Positions 10,262 to 20,845 of a stretch of DNA of 64,000 nt are shown one piece after another (position 1 is the first letter of the stretch; each line of letters starts with the position of its first letter). The DNA is from Entomortierella parvispora E1425 (Eukaryota; Fungi; Mortierellomycota): contig BQFW01000006.1 in NCBI GenBank assembly GCA_020891255.1, positions 434,001 through 498,000 of the forward strand. Direction: 5' to 3'. The notes beneath the pieces are model-generated. The model made no database searches, had not been told where the DNA came from, and worked only from the letters and a program-made list of their open reading frames with translations. The translations under genes and the position numbers were made by a program.

Positions 10262-12503
10262 TACCTAAAGTCAAAGTCGTATTCCTGAAGCAACTCCATC
10301 CAGCGAGCCTGTCGACGAGTGAGTTTGGGCTGTGTGGGAAAGTGGCGGAGGGTGGCGTGGTCGGTGTGGACGCTGAACTTGGTTCCATCGAGGTAGTAGC
10401 GCCAAGTGCGGAGCGCATGGATGACAGCCAACAGTTCCTGCTCATGGACAGGGTAGTTCCGCTCAGCTGACTGCATTTTCCTGGAAGTGAATGCGATGGG
10501 ATGGGTATTCCCTTCCCGGTCAGTCTGCAGCAGCACTGCACCGATGGCGAAACCGGATGCATCTGTTTCGACAAAGGTGAGGAGATCGGGGTCGAAGATG
10601 CGGAGGACGGGGGCGGAGCAGATGGCGCGTTTGAGCTGAAGGAATGCAGATTGTTGTTCGTCGGTCCATTTGAAGGGAGTGTTGTTGGCGAAGGAGGGAA
10701 GAGAGAGGGAGGGCAATCCCTGCAAAGCCCGATACGTACTGTTGATAAAATTGCGCAAGCCCCAAAAATTGCTGGACGTCCTTTGTGCTCTTGGGGGTGG
10801 GCCAGTCACTGATGGCTTTGCTGAGCCCGGCCGATGTTTTGATCCCGTCCTTCGTGATGGTGTGGCCCAAAAATTCAGTTTCGTCTTGCATGAAGGAGCA
10901 CTTGCTCAATTTCGCGTACAGACCATTCTTGCGGAGGAGAGCCAGGACGCTTCGGAGATGCTGCAGGTGTTCTTTCTTTGTCTTGGAGTAGATCAACAGA
11001 TCGTCGAGATACATGACAACCCATTTGTCCAAGACTGGATCGAGCACTCGCAACATCATATTGGAGAACGAAGCAGGAGCGTTAGTAAGGCCAAAGGGAA
11101 CAACATTGAACTCAAAGTGACCATAGCGACAACGGAAGGCAGTCTTGTGTGTGTGTGGTTCAAAGATACGCTGCTGATGATAACCGGATAACAAGTCCAA
11201 CTTGGAGTAATAGCGTGCTCCACGGAAGCGGTCAAGTAGCTCGTCGATACGGGGCAGCGGGTGTCTGTTCTTCCTGGTGATCTTGTTGAGGCCACGGTAG
11301 TCGACGCACATTCGGAGTGTGCCGTCCTTCTTCCGCACAAAGAGCACGGGGGCGCCATAGGGAGAGGTACTGGGTTTGATAAAACCTGCTGCTAGCAATT
11401 GGTCCAGTTGTTTGCGAAGTTCGTCAAGCTCGGCGATTGAAAGTCTAATGACAGGGCGGAAGGGTGGGTCGGCTGTCGGGTCGGTCTCGATCTTCATAGC
11501 ATCACCACGGTCTGGGGGCAGGCCGTCCGGGAGTTTCTCCGGAAAGACATCAGCGAACTCTTCCATGACAATGGACCGCACCTCTGGGGGTCATATCGGG
11601 AATTGTACGCGGTTGGTCAGTTTCTTCAGAGGGCTCTGGGGTGTTGCGAATAAGGGCCAGGAACACCTCCGAGCCGGGCAGGGTTGCCATGGAATGAAAG
11701 TGCATGTGTGTGAGGAGGAGTCCTTTGGTGCGGCTTTGGATGTGATCGGCCTTGAAGCCGCGGCAGCTCCATTTGACATCGATTCCATTGTGAGTGAAAT
11801 GAAGATCATTGGTGCGCCAATTGATGCAAGGGTTAACTTTGGTGAGCCAGGGTTTGCCAAGGATGAGGTCGTATTTGTTGAGAGGATAGAGAATAGGGTT
11901 GAGCGAATCGGAGTAGTCGCTGCGGTTGAGGGTGATGGGGACGGTGTGTGATGTGAGGGAGGAAGAGCCATTGGGGAGGAGGATGGGGATGGGCAAGCAT
12001 TCAGTGCGGGGAAGCTGGTGTCGCTTTTGAAAAGACGAACTGATAATATTACCTTCTGCACCACCATCAATCAGGATTCTGGCAGCGTGGCCATTGACAG
12101 AACCGATGAAAGTGAGCAGTTGGCTCTCTGCCTTTTGGACAGTGAATTCGTGTAGGCGAATCGCACGACGCTTCAACTTCTTCAACTGACTTTTGGACAG
12201 AGGTACACTAGGTGCCGGCGGTACAGCGAGAGGGTCCGGTTCATCTGTATCGGAGGATCTAGGTAGAGGAGCGGACAGGGCAACTGGAGCGGGCGAGGCA
12301 ACAGGTTTTTTGGTTTGGTTTTGGTTTCGGTCCGATAGAACAACCAGAGCATCGTGGATGTGAGTTCGCTTGTCATGATTGGAGTCATGTTTCTGAGGTG
12401 TAGAATCAAGTGAAGTTTTATTTGAGGTACTTAGCTCAGGGTTGTTGGCTACAGTTTCGACAACTGGGGTCCGGACCGACCCTAGTTGCCGGAGGCTTTT
12501 CCC
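10262..12503 (-). pseudogene. pol: B1 pol: protease, reverse transcriptase, RNase H (frameshifts near 11588 and 10691)
   Basis: LIDGGAEGNII (PR), MCVDYRGLN and YLDDLLIYS (RT), ETDASGFAIGAVL and ELLAVI (RNase H). Confidence 0.93.
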
Positions 12504-13290
12504 GAATCAGGGGATTCACTCGCGGTTACTTGATTAATTCCTCGGCTGCCGTTGCCGTACTTAGGGCAATTGGGACTGATGTGACCCAATTCGCGGCAGC
12601 GGAAGCAGCCACCGTTACGTACAAGGTACTCTCGGTCGGCGGCGGTCAGGGGTGCGGGGCGATCTCGAGAAGGGTTGTTAGTACCGTTGGTGGGGCGGCT
12701 CTGTAAGGAGCGGTGAAGGGTGCCGAGTTGCTTGTGGATATTGTTGAGTTGGATATGAATATTGTCCACTTCCATTGCGTTGGGGTCGGTGATACCAGCA
12801 GAGGATCCCGAGGCAGCCAGTGCTTTGGCACCGAGTGATGGGTCTTCAGTGTGGAAGATACGACCGAACTCCTCCGCGGCCTTAAAGAGTCTGGGCAGAT
12901 CTATGGTGTCGTTGCCTGCATTAACAATGGCCACTTCCAGCATCTGGCGAAGCTGAGTAGGTGCACCACTGAGAAAGGCAGTACGGATAGTATCGTTGAG
13001 AACTGCGTTGTCGGCGTAGTAAGACTGGAGGAGCAGGTGGTATTCACGGGCTTTGGTAATATAGGCCATGACGTTGGAGATGTTCAATGGTAGTGTCATT
13101 TTCATTTGCATTGTGAGGGCGAGAATGTGCTCCTTAAACTTCGCAGGACTGAACTCGGTGGCAAGGAGCTCGCTGAAATCCGGGAATGAGGTGTCGGATG
13201 GCTTGTTTAAGAGTGCCCACCAGCCGATAACCTCATCGCCGGCAAAGGCAAGGGTAACCCCGACCTTGCGAGGTTCGGCAATTCCAGCGC

Positions 13291-14326
13291 TGTGATGTTG
13301 TCTAAAGTAAGTATAGTCTAACGTCAGCAAAGGCTGGAGGTGAAAATGATAACGAAAAGAATAATAACGAACAAAGCTCGCTGCTTACATATGATAGGGA
13401 CTTTGCTCTCTGTGCCACAAGGATCAAGCACAGCACTGCTATATGATCAGATACAATCTCGAGAGAATGAACTGGATAGACAGGAGGAGGAGAATGAGCA
13501 ACAGGATCACGATATAAGCAGGAACGAAACTGAAAGGAGACTAATAAGGACATACCAATGAGCTAAGCACGTCCTAATGGTAACCAAACAGGAGAATAAA
13601 CAACTACGGAGGCGAACACTAGGTACTATACTAACTAATAACAACAACAAGGGAGGATTGAAGGGATCTAATCAGTAAGAGCACGGCCAGAAATATTCTA
13701 TCCAGGGAAAGGGGACAAGGCCGCCTAACTGAGGGTTCAGGAGGGACTCGAGGGAAGGCGACGAGAAGATAAGGGAGGTTCCCAAGCACCAGTTAAGGCC
13801 TCAGGATGCCCAAGCGCCAGTTAAGGCCTCAGGATGGGATGCCAAGATCGTACAAGTCCACTCAAAAGAGACAAGACATTGTTGGTACCTCGTAAGTGAG
13901 CAAGGACACGGAGAACTGGTTGGCCGAGGTTCTTGACGGAACTTGTCGAGGACGGGGAAGATCGTAACTTGTGAGTGTACAAGGTCGATCAACAGAACGC
14001 AATAGGTCTGTGATATCCAAAGGGGGGGGGAGGAGGTTTAGACTAGCTACTAATAGTCTCAGCAATCGGAATTAAGGCGTCGAGCTTGCTGCTGCTGCAA
14101 AGGGGATATCGGGCAGGAAGGGGGGGATGTATGTTTGTGTTCTGAAGGGTTCAACAAAAGTGTACTGGCAGGAATCGTAAAGGAAAAAGGCAACCAGGAG
14201 CAAAATGGATTTTTGCTCCCTTCTTTATAGAAAAAAAACTGAAACTAAACAAAATAATAAATGCTACTGAAAATATATCTCTACTCCGATGGATGTGGAC
14301 CGGGACTCCACATCTACTACACCACA
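13291..14326 (-). mobile_element. Lone LTR A3 (1036 bp) with 4-bp TSD GCGC
   Basis: GCGC at 13287-13290 and 14327-14330; empty site CCAGCGCCATCG in B2 at ~30835. Confidence 0.93.
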
Positions 14327-14430
14327 GCGCCATCGAAGAAAAAGGTCATGCGTTTCAGAAAACCGAGAACAGAGAATCCGTCGCGCTTGCCGTTGAACGG
14401 TGTTGGATGAGGGAATTTGAATGACGGTGT

Positions 14431-17400
14431 TGAAAAGTATATGGCACACGGAGTCAGTGAGAATAAGAGAGGGATCTCTGTTTTATTGAACCGGTCAGGA
14501 TATTATCCTGACCGTTGCCTCCGTGACTGTGCCTTGCTGCCAGCAGCATCATTTGCCGCTGCGCCACCAAATTATGCGACAGAACTTCCCCTCCCATGGA
14601 GAGCGAAGCGCGGGTTGACACTACTGGTCAGTGAGAGGGTAAAAAATAAAACCTCTATGAAAATGTTATGGTTGAGGAAAAGTGAAAAACCTCTTGTCTT
14701 TGAGGAAAACCATGTGGTAAAAAACCTCTTTGCCTGTTAGGTCTTCTTTGCGTAGTAGCGTTTTAGTTCCTCGTTCTCGTTTGGTATCTCTTCGATCTTT
14801 GATCCTGTGGTCGCTTATTTTCTTTGAGAAGTTGCCAGTATTCTCTGATACATTGTTTTTCAATAAAGTTTTCTTCAGGTTCCCAAGTGTAGTCATCTTT
14901 GGAGTAGCCAGCCCATTTTGCTTTGTATTCCCACTCCCCCCTTTCGAGAAGGATGAGGACGGTGGTCGAGAATGTACTCGATCTCGAATATAGGCAGCGT
15001 ATTTAAATCCTCGAGTACGAGTTTGAGCTGGGATGGGGCATAGTTGCGACTGAGCGACTCGCCTGTACCATCTCTGAGCTCATAAGATCCACCGGTCGTG
15101 CGGCGCACTACTGTGTACGGGCCTTCATACCGTGGCGTAAGTTTATTACCGCGGATGGGATCAAGTGTCATGACTTTTGCGCCATCAGGGAATTCATTAT
15201 GCAGAACTGTGGCATTGAATCGGGCGATCATTTTCTTTTGAGTCTCTTCTGATTTCTTGTCAATCGCTGGAAAGACAATTTCAGTCATGTATGCGAGACG
15301 ATCACAGAGCTGCTTGTGGGTCATGACGTTCTTGGTAGATTTGGAGTAATTTTGGAAGCCATTGGCCTTGCGAGCGAAGAAGAGAGAGAACGGTGATGAA
15401 TTATGGAGAGCAACGATTCTTGTATTCATTGCAAGCTGTGCCATGGGTACATGAAGGTCCCAAGTATCTTGTTTCTGATGATGTTCTTTCTTGAGGATGT
15501 CGACTGCGACTTTGACATGTCGTTCAGCAACGCCGTTTCCTCGAGGGTGATACGGCGTAAGTAGCCGGTGGTCAACGTTAAATTCAGAGGTCATTGCAAG
15601 CATGACTTGGTTCACAAATTCCCTGCCGTTATCGGATTGTAAAACGCGAGGAAAGCCAACGGTACAAAATATATCAAACAGGGCTTTAGCGACAGTGTTT
15701 GCTTGTTTATCAGGGAGCGCTCTTAAGAAGACGAAGCGTGTGCATACGTCGACTACGATAAGAAGGATTTCATTGCCTTTCTTTGAGAGTTTGAACGGTC
15801 CCGCTAAATCCATAGCCATATGATCTCCTGGCAGGTTTGCGTGGATAGCTTTTAATGGATGATAGCCTTTGATACTAATATTGTACTTCTGACATTCCGA
15901 GCATTTCTTAACCCAATTCAAGCAGTCATCTGTGAGATGGGGCCATGTGTATTGTTCCGCATGTATAGACCGGACCATTGCATTCGCTCCAAGGTGGCCG
16001 AGGGCGTGGGTTTTGTACAATATATCGTCCTGCTTCTTTTTGCCATGAACGACTTCTAACATTGTGTCTTTGTTTTGCATGATGTGCATGTAAGCGTTGA
16101 CTATGTGCCCATGGTTGGAGTCGTAGCGAGTCTGGATGGAGGCTGGGAACAGTCTAGACAAGTGATCTGGCAACACATTCATCACTCCAGGTCGGTATTC
16201 GACCGTAAAGTCATAACTCAGGATTGTTTCATGCCAGCCAGTGAGCATGGAGTTTAACTCTTTCTGCGAGTGAATGAACGTAAGTGCTCGATGATCTGTA
16301 TACAGTGTAAAGTGTCTTCCCCAGAGGTAATAGTGGAATTTCGTGAGTGCAAACACGATTCCTAGCAATTCTTTTTGTGTGGCTGAATACCGTCGTTCTC
16401 TGTCTTGTAGAGAGCGTGCCATGAAGGATATGTATCTGTTCTCCCATTTTTTCTTGGATTCATTCCTGACTTTCTGGTAAAGGACCGATGCAATGCCTAC
16501 GTTGGATGCGTCAGTGGCGACGTAGAACGGCAGACCGAAGTCAGGGAAGTGCAAGATTGGTGCATGGCTTAGCAGTTTCTTGAATGTATTGAAAGCATCG
16601 AGTTCGTCTGCATTGAGTTTGAACACTTTTGTTTCATGCCTCAACTTATCCAATGGCGCTGCCAACGTACTGAACAGCGGGATGAATTCTCGAAAGAAAT
16701 TAAATGTGCCCATGTAGGACTGAATCTGATTGCCTGTGGTTGGTGGAACCCACTGGTCGATATTGGCTAGCTTGGTAGGATCTACCCGTTTGCCAGCCAA
16801 GTCAATGACAAAGCCGAGAAGTACAATCTGTGTTGCGAAGAAGTGTGATTTTTCTGGGTTGATAATAAGCTTTGCTTCTGTTAGGCGTTCGATTACACAC
16901 TTGACGTGCGCTGCATGCTCTTCCTTGGTCTTGGAGAAAATAACGATGTCGTCAATGAACACCAGGACAAAGGGCAAGTCCCCCAAGATGCGTGTCATTC
17001 CGCGTTGGAATATGCTTGACAGTGGCTTAAGTCCGAATGGAGCTCGTCGGAACATATATTGAGTTCCTCGGTGCATGAATGCAGTGAGTGGTTGATGTCC
17101 TGCTTCGATAGGTAACCGGTGATATGCTTGCGTCAAATCGAGCGTTGTATAAATCATGTGGCCACCTATCTGTTGTAAGATGTCCGATATTAATGGTACT
17201 GGATGGTTGTCATCCTTTAATAATTTGTTCAGAGGACGTGGGTCTAGGCAAACCCGCCATTTCGTTTTATTGCCGAGGAGATCTTTCTTGGCCGCGAGAG
17301 TTAGCGTGTTATTGTGCCGATTGTTGGCCGGAGCAAGTGTGATAACTCCATCTTTAAGCCATTTGTCAACTTGTTCGTCGAAAATATGCTGTTGCTGTTC

Positions 17401-20400
17401 AGCAAACGTCCTTGGTCTGCGATAAATTGTCGTGCCATCAGGAACATCCAAGAACACGTGCATCTCTGGTAGAGTGCAGTAGCTGTCTAGCGGTATCTGT
17501 GCGTTGTCCTTTATCGAGTCTTGGATTTCACTCATGAATTGTGCTTTGAGTTTCTTGAACTTGTCAGTCAGTTCTTCGATTGGTGTTTCCAATGGTAACA
17601 CGGATGGCTTTTCATCTGGTGTTGGCGTTGGCAGAGTCTGTGCGTTTGCTCGTCCGTCTGCAATGCCTCCGATTGAGAACCCTAGTTTGTTAAATAGATC
17701 CATGCCAATGACAAATGGGTATTGTAGGTCAAACAGTTCAAATGAGGCGAGAAGCGAATGTTCATTGCATTCTACTTCTATATGTTCTGTTACTCCTGTT
17801 CTTGCTACATGCATTTTCTTGTGCCCGAGGAAGATGTTTCCCCGTGCTTTGCTGACCTCAATTTTCAGAGCTTCTACTAATGACTTGTCTATGAATGACT
17901 TCGTGGCTCCAGAATCAATTAGTGCTTCAAATTGAAGGCCTTCGAAGTAGATCGGTACTACAAGTCTCTTGTCATTGTCGTTCTGGTCACCCATTTCATT
18001 GTATATAAGTGTTTCAAACATGTGTGATTGCTCATCGTTTATTGTCATGTGCTCCTGTGGTATGTCTTGTGACATTCTACTTTCCCTCCCCGCATGTGCC
18101 AGGACTGAATCTGTGGAGTGAACAGACTCTATGAATTCTTTATCTGACACTGGCGACATGTCTCTAGTCTGAGAGGAGTAGGACGCAAGAGTGAGTGCGT
18201 TGAAGTTGATATCAAGATCGTGGTATGTTTGCCACACATTTTTACGAGAGCGTAGTATATGAAGAGGGTCCTTACTGTAATTGCGCTCACGAGAGTTGTG
18301 GCTATCCCTGTTGTCTCTGCGCTGGCGATTGTCAGCTTGATATGGCCCGAAGCGGCTTGATCCGCGGTGGGAACGGTCTTGTCGATCGTCTGAGTTGTGT
18401 GAGCTACGCTCCGAGTGTTCATTGCGTCGTCGTTCGTCGTTCTGGCGCGCACGGCAGGCGTCCTTCTTATGGCCTAGCTTGTTGCAGTAGTCGCAGCTGA
18501 TATGGTCCTTGGAAACGTGGTTGCCGTTCTTGTTACATTTATCACACCACATCTGCTTCGACTCAGCCTTGGCGGCGTGAGAGTTGGTGGTGGGCATTAC
18601 TGGAGCGCTAAAGTTTTCGCGAGCTCCAGCTGGTCCTGTTAGCTTGCCCAGTGCGATACAAAAATCAGCGATAGCAATTGGAGTGTCTGGCACTGATGTT
18701 GCTTGTGGGTTGTCCAGTACGTATTGCGATTGGAATCGCGTGTTGACTGTGTCCATTTCAGATGATGCAAGTCCTTGTCGGAGCAGAGTCAAAACTACAT
18801 CGTTGTTGTCTTGTACTCGGAATAGCTTTGTAGCTCTTGCGATCCGATGAGCGTAGTGACTATATGGCTCTCCTGCGAGTCGTCCAAATTTGGTGAGCGT
18901 GGTAACAGCGTTTTCTCGCTCTTCGATTGTTAAACATGTCTCGAAGAACGTCCTCTCGAGATAGTCCACTGTCAGCACCTCCTTGGGTGCCTTGAACTTC
19001 TCTTTCAGATTGGCATGAAAGTGGTCGTTGTGGACCAGGTACAGGAGGTATTTGTCTCCATGACTTCCTATGATTTGCTCCCCCACATACGGCGCGATTT
19101 CTCGTTCGAAGTGCGCCCACCAGTCGTATGCCGATAGGGATCCTGATGATCCGAATCGAAGCCATGTGGATAGAGGCTTGACAGGAAATCCTGCCTCAGA
19201 TCGCGCTTGTGGAGCATGGTTGCTTGCGCTTCGATCCTGCTCTTGATAACGGTCTACGGTGGACTGATTTGGATATGCCCATTGTGCTGGTACAGGGCGG
19301 CGAGCTGCGTGAAGAGCATTGTATGTTTGCTCCATACTGCTGAGGAAGTCCTCGTTGCGCTTATGTTCTTCCTCCATCTTGTCTGTTTCCGGTGTGAGGT
19401 CCATGGGAGCTGTACCGGCATGGGTGACTCTTTTGTTACGTGAGATATGTAAAAGGAGTCTTACATTGGTGAGCCGAGTAGCTTCCATCTGTGCGTACGT
19501 TGCCGCAATGTCTGCCTCTATTTCCGCATCTGTTATGTCAGGCAGGGCAGTATGGATAGGTACCGCCAAGGCTCTGGTGATTGATACGACCGATGTAGGA
19601 CTATCCTTTCTTGGAATAGATGGCAACTGTGACGGTGGTAGTCCTTCAAACGTCAGTCCACTTCTGGTGCCAGAGCTGGTGGATGGAATGGTTTCCTCGT
19701 CCACATCCATCTCTTCTGTGATGGATCCTTCGTGTGTGGCTACAGTGGCCAAGTCTCCGCCATTGTTGGTGGGTTCTCCAGAGTTGGAGGCAGTGGCGCG
19801 CGCGTTGGCGGCTTGTGCAACAGGTATAACAACTGCAGCGACTCTGCTCCGAATTGGTTTGTTGTTGTTGAGATTCACTTTGCCCATGTCGCGAAAAATT
19901 TTCCCAGCTGAATTGAGTTAATGCCGGAATGAACTGAATGTCGAAAAGTTCACCAAAGTCCATGAGCGGTGGCTTGCGTGCAGTAAGTGGTGTTTTGGTA
20001 ACTTTCAAGGGTCCTGAAAGCGATGCTGTGTCCCGTTTAGATGGATGGGTCGGATTGACGGGTGAATTGGCGTTCCAAAGTTGATCTCAGTTAAATCGAG
20101 TGGAATTAACTTGCGGAATGTGAGATGCAGGTCAATGCTGGTGAATGTCGTCGCAGACAGTGAAGAAATGCTGTTGATCGGTCGAGTGCTGACGAGTGCG
20201 GTTGAATGGAGGTGAATGCCGGTTGTGAATGTCGGTTATGTTCCTGATCCTGCGAGATCTTCTTCTCTTCACTGAAAAAAATGAAAAGTATATGGCACAC
20301 GGAGTCAGTGAGAATAAGAGAGGGATCTCTGTTTTATTGAACCGGTCAGGATATTATCCTGACCGTTGCCTCCGTGACTGTGCCTTGCTGCCAGCAGCAT

Positions 20401-20432
20401 CATTTGCCGCTGCGCCACCAAATTATGCGACA
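14431..20432 (-). mobile_element. Full-length family C retrotransposon C1 (6002 bp), LTRs 14431-14581 and 20282-20432, 5-bp TSD GGTGT
   Basis: Two 151-bp TG...CA LTRs with no difference found; GGTGT on both sides; empty site in B2 at ~30937; polypurine tract GGGAGGGGAA. Confidence 0.97.
14893..19887 (-). CDS. gag-pol: C1 single-frame Gag-Pol (1664 aa): CCHC, PR, RT, RNase H, IN, start of chromodomain
   Basis: CDYCNKLGHKKDAC, LIDSGAT, FIDDIV, TDASNVG, MDLAGP, QSDNGREF and ERHV motifs, GPY motif, FEIEYILDHR. Confidence 0.96.
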   Translation of the reverse strand: MGKVNLNNNKPIRSRVAAVVIPVAQAANARATASNSGEPTNNGGDLATVATHEGSITEEMDVDEETIPSTSSGTRSGLTFEGLPPSQLPSIPRKDSPTSVVSITRALAVPIHTALPDITDAEIEADIAATYAQMEATRLTNVRLLLHISRNKRVTHAGTAPMDLTPETDKMEEEHKRNEDFLSSMEQTYNALHAARRPVPAQWAYPNQSTVDRYQEQDRSASNHAPQARSEAGFPVKPLSTWLRFGSSGSLSAYDWWAHFEREIAPYVGEQIIGSHGDKYLLYLVHNDHFHANLKEKFKAPKEVLTVDYLERTFFETCLTIEERENAVTTLTKFGRLAGEPYSHYAHRIARATKLFRVQDNNDVVLTLLRQGLASSEMDTVNTRFQSQYVLDNPQATSVPDTPIAIADFCIALGKLTGPAGARENFSAPVMPTTNSHAAKAESKQMWCDKCNKNGNHVSKDHISCDYCNKLGHKKDACRARQNDERRRNEHSERSSHNSDDRQDRSHRGSSRFGPYQADNRQRRDNRDSHNSRERNYSKDPLHILRSRKNVWQTYHDLDINFNALTLASYSSQTRDMSPVSDKEFIESVHSTDSVLAHAGRESRMSQDIPQEHMTINDEQSHMFETLIYNEMGDQNDNDKRLVVPIYFEGLQFEALIDSGATKSFIDKSLVEALKIEVSKARGNIFLGHKKMHVARTGVTEHIEVECNEHSLLASFELFDLQYPFVIGMDLFNKLGFSIGGIADGRANAQTLPTPTPDEKPSVLPLETPIEELTDKFKKLKAQFMSEIQDSIKDNAQIPLDSYCTLPEMHVFLDVPDGTTIYRRPRTFAEQQQHIFDEQVDKWLKDGVITLAPANNRHNNTLTLAAKKDLLGNKTKWRVCLDPRPLNKLLKDDNHPVPLISDILQQIGGHMIYTTLDLTQAYHRLPIEAGHQPLTAFMHRGTQYMFRRAPFGLKPLSSIFQRGMTRILGDLPFVLVFIDDIVIFSKTKEEHAAHVKCVIERLTEAKLIINPEKSHFFATQIVLLGFVIDLAGKRVDPTKLANIDQWVPPTTGNQIQSYMGTFNFFREFIPLFSTLAAPLDKLRHETKVFKLNADELDAFNTFKKLLSHAPILHFPDFGLPFYVATDASNVGIASVLYQKVRNESKKKWENRYISFMARSLQDRERRYSATQKELLGIVFALTKFHYYLWGRHFTLYTDHRALTFIHSQKELNSMLTGWHETILSYDFTVEYRPGVMNVLPDHLSRLFPASIQTRYDSNHGHIVNAYMHIMQNKDTMLEVVHGKKKQDDILYKTHALGHLGANAMVRSIHAEQYTWPHLTDDCLNWVKKCSECQKYNISIKGYHPLKAIHANLPGDHMAMDLAGPFKLSKKGNEILLIVVDVCTRFVFLRALPDKQANTVAKALFDIFCTVGFPRVLQSDNGREFVNQVMLAMTSEFNVDHRLLTPYHPRGNGVAERHVKVAVDILKKEHHQKQDTWDLHVPMAQLAMNTRIVALHNSSPFSLFFARKANGFQNYSKSTKNVMTHKQLCDRLAYMTEIVFPAIDKKSEETQKKMIARFNATVLHNEFPDGAKVMTLDPIRGNKLTPRYEGPYTVVRRTTGGSYELRDGTGESLSRNYAPSQLKLVLEDLNTLPIFEIEYILDHRPHPSRKGGVGIQSKMGWLLQR

Positions 20433-20537
20433 GGTGTCGCGGGGTCCATGTTGGGTGAATTGTCGAGGGAGAGTTGATCGAAGAGGGATACGAGGGGGTC
20501 CAGGGTGTAAGTGTGTCGGAGGGTCAGTGGGTCAGTG

Positions 20538-20567
20538 AGGTCAGTGGATCGAAAACCTTTGCTACCA
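20538..20567 (-). promoter_or_regulatory. B primer-binding site, tRNA-iMet type, with extended T-arm complementarity (also 31042-31071)
   Basis: TGGTAGCAAAG abuts the LTR; the plus strand reads GAGGTCAGTGGATCGAAA, the variable loop and T-arm signature of initiator tRNA. Confidence 0.8.
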
Positions 20568-20678
20568 TGCAATAGGAGTATCGAGGGTGGAGTGGAGACA
20601 AGAAGTGAGTTTTATTATATTGCAAGTTTCTAGCTTTTGTAGGTACACATCGCGTGATGTCACCGTATTCCTGTTACA
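20568..20678 (-). repeat. Family B 5' LTR (111 bp) of B1; outer flank CTTGT
   Basis: TGTAACAGG...CTATTGCA; same sequence at 29381-29491 (+) and 31072-31182 (-). Confidence 0.95.
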
Positions 20679-20800
20679 CTTGTACGTAACGGTGGCTGCT
20701 TCCGCTGCCGCGAATTGGGTCACATCAGTCCCAATTGCCCTAAGTACGGCAACGGCAGCCGAGGAATTAATCAAGTAACCGCGAGTGAATCCCCTGATTC

Positions 20801-20845
20801 GGGAAAAGCCTCCGGCAACTAGGGTCGGTCCGGACCCCAGTTGTC
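20801..20845 (+). other. Family B gag-pol -1 frameshift signal (G GGA AAA + 6 nt + stem-loop); also 12497-12503 and 30048-30054 on -
   Basis: X XXY YYZ heptamer inside the 28-nt gag/pol overlap; hairpin GGCAACT-A-GGGTC/GACCC-C-AGTTGTC. Confidence 0.85.

Larger units (their letters stand above)
12482..20449 (-). pseudogene. gag: B1 gag, split by C1 and A3 (segments 20433-20449, 14327-14430, 12482-13290)
   Basis: Matches the uninterrupted B2 gag; CFRCRELGHISPNC knuckle. Confidence 0.9.
4324..20678 (-). mobile_element. Ty3/gypsy family B copy B1 (5' LTR 20568-20678), interrupted by C1, A3, Tc1 and A2; 3' end displaced by C3
   Basis: gag, PR, RT, RNase H and IN segments rejoin across every insertion when the TSDs are removed. 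Confidence 0.92.
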
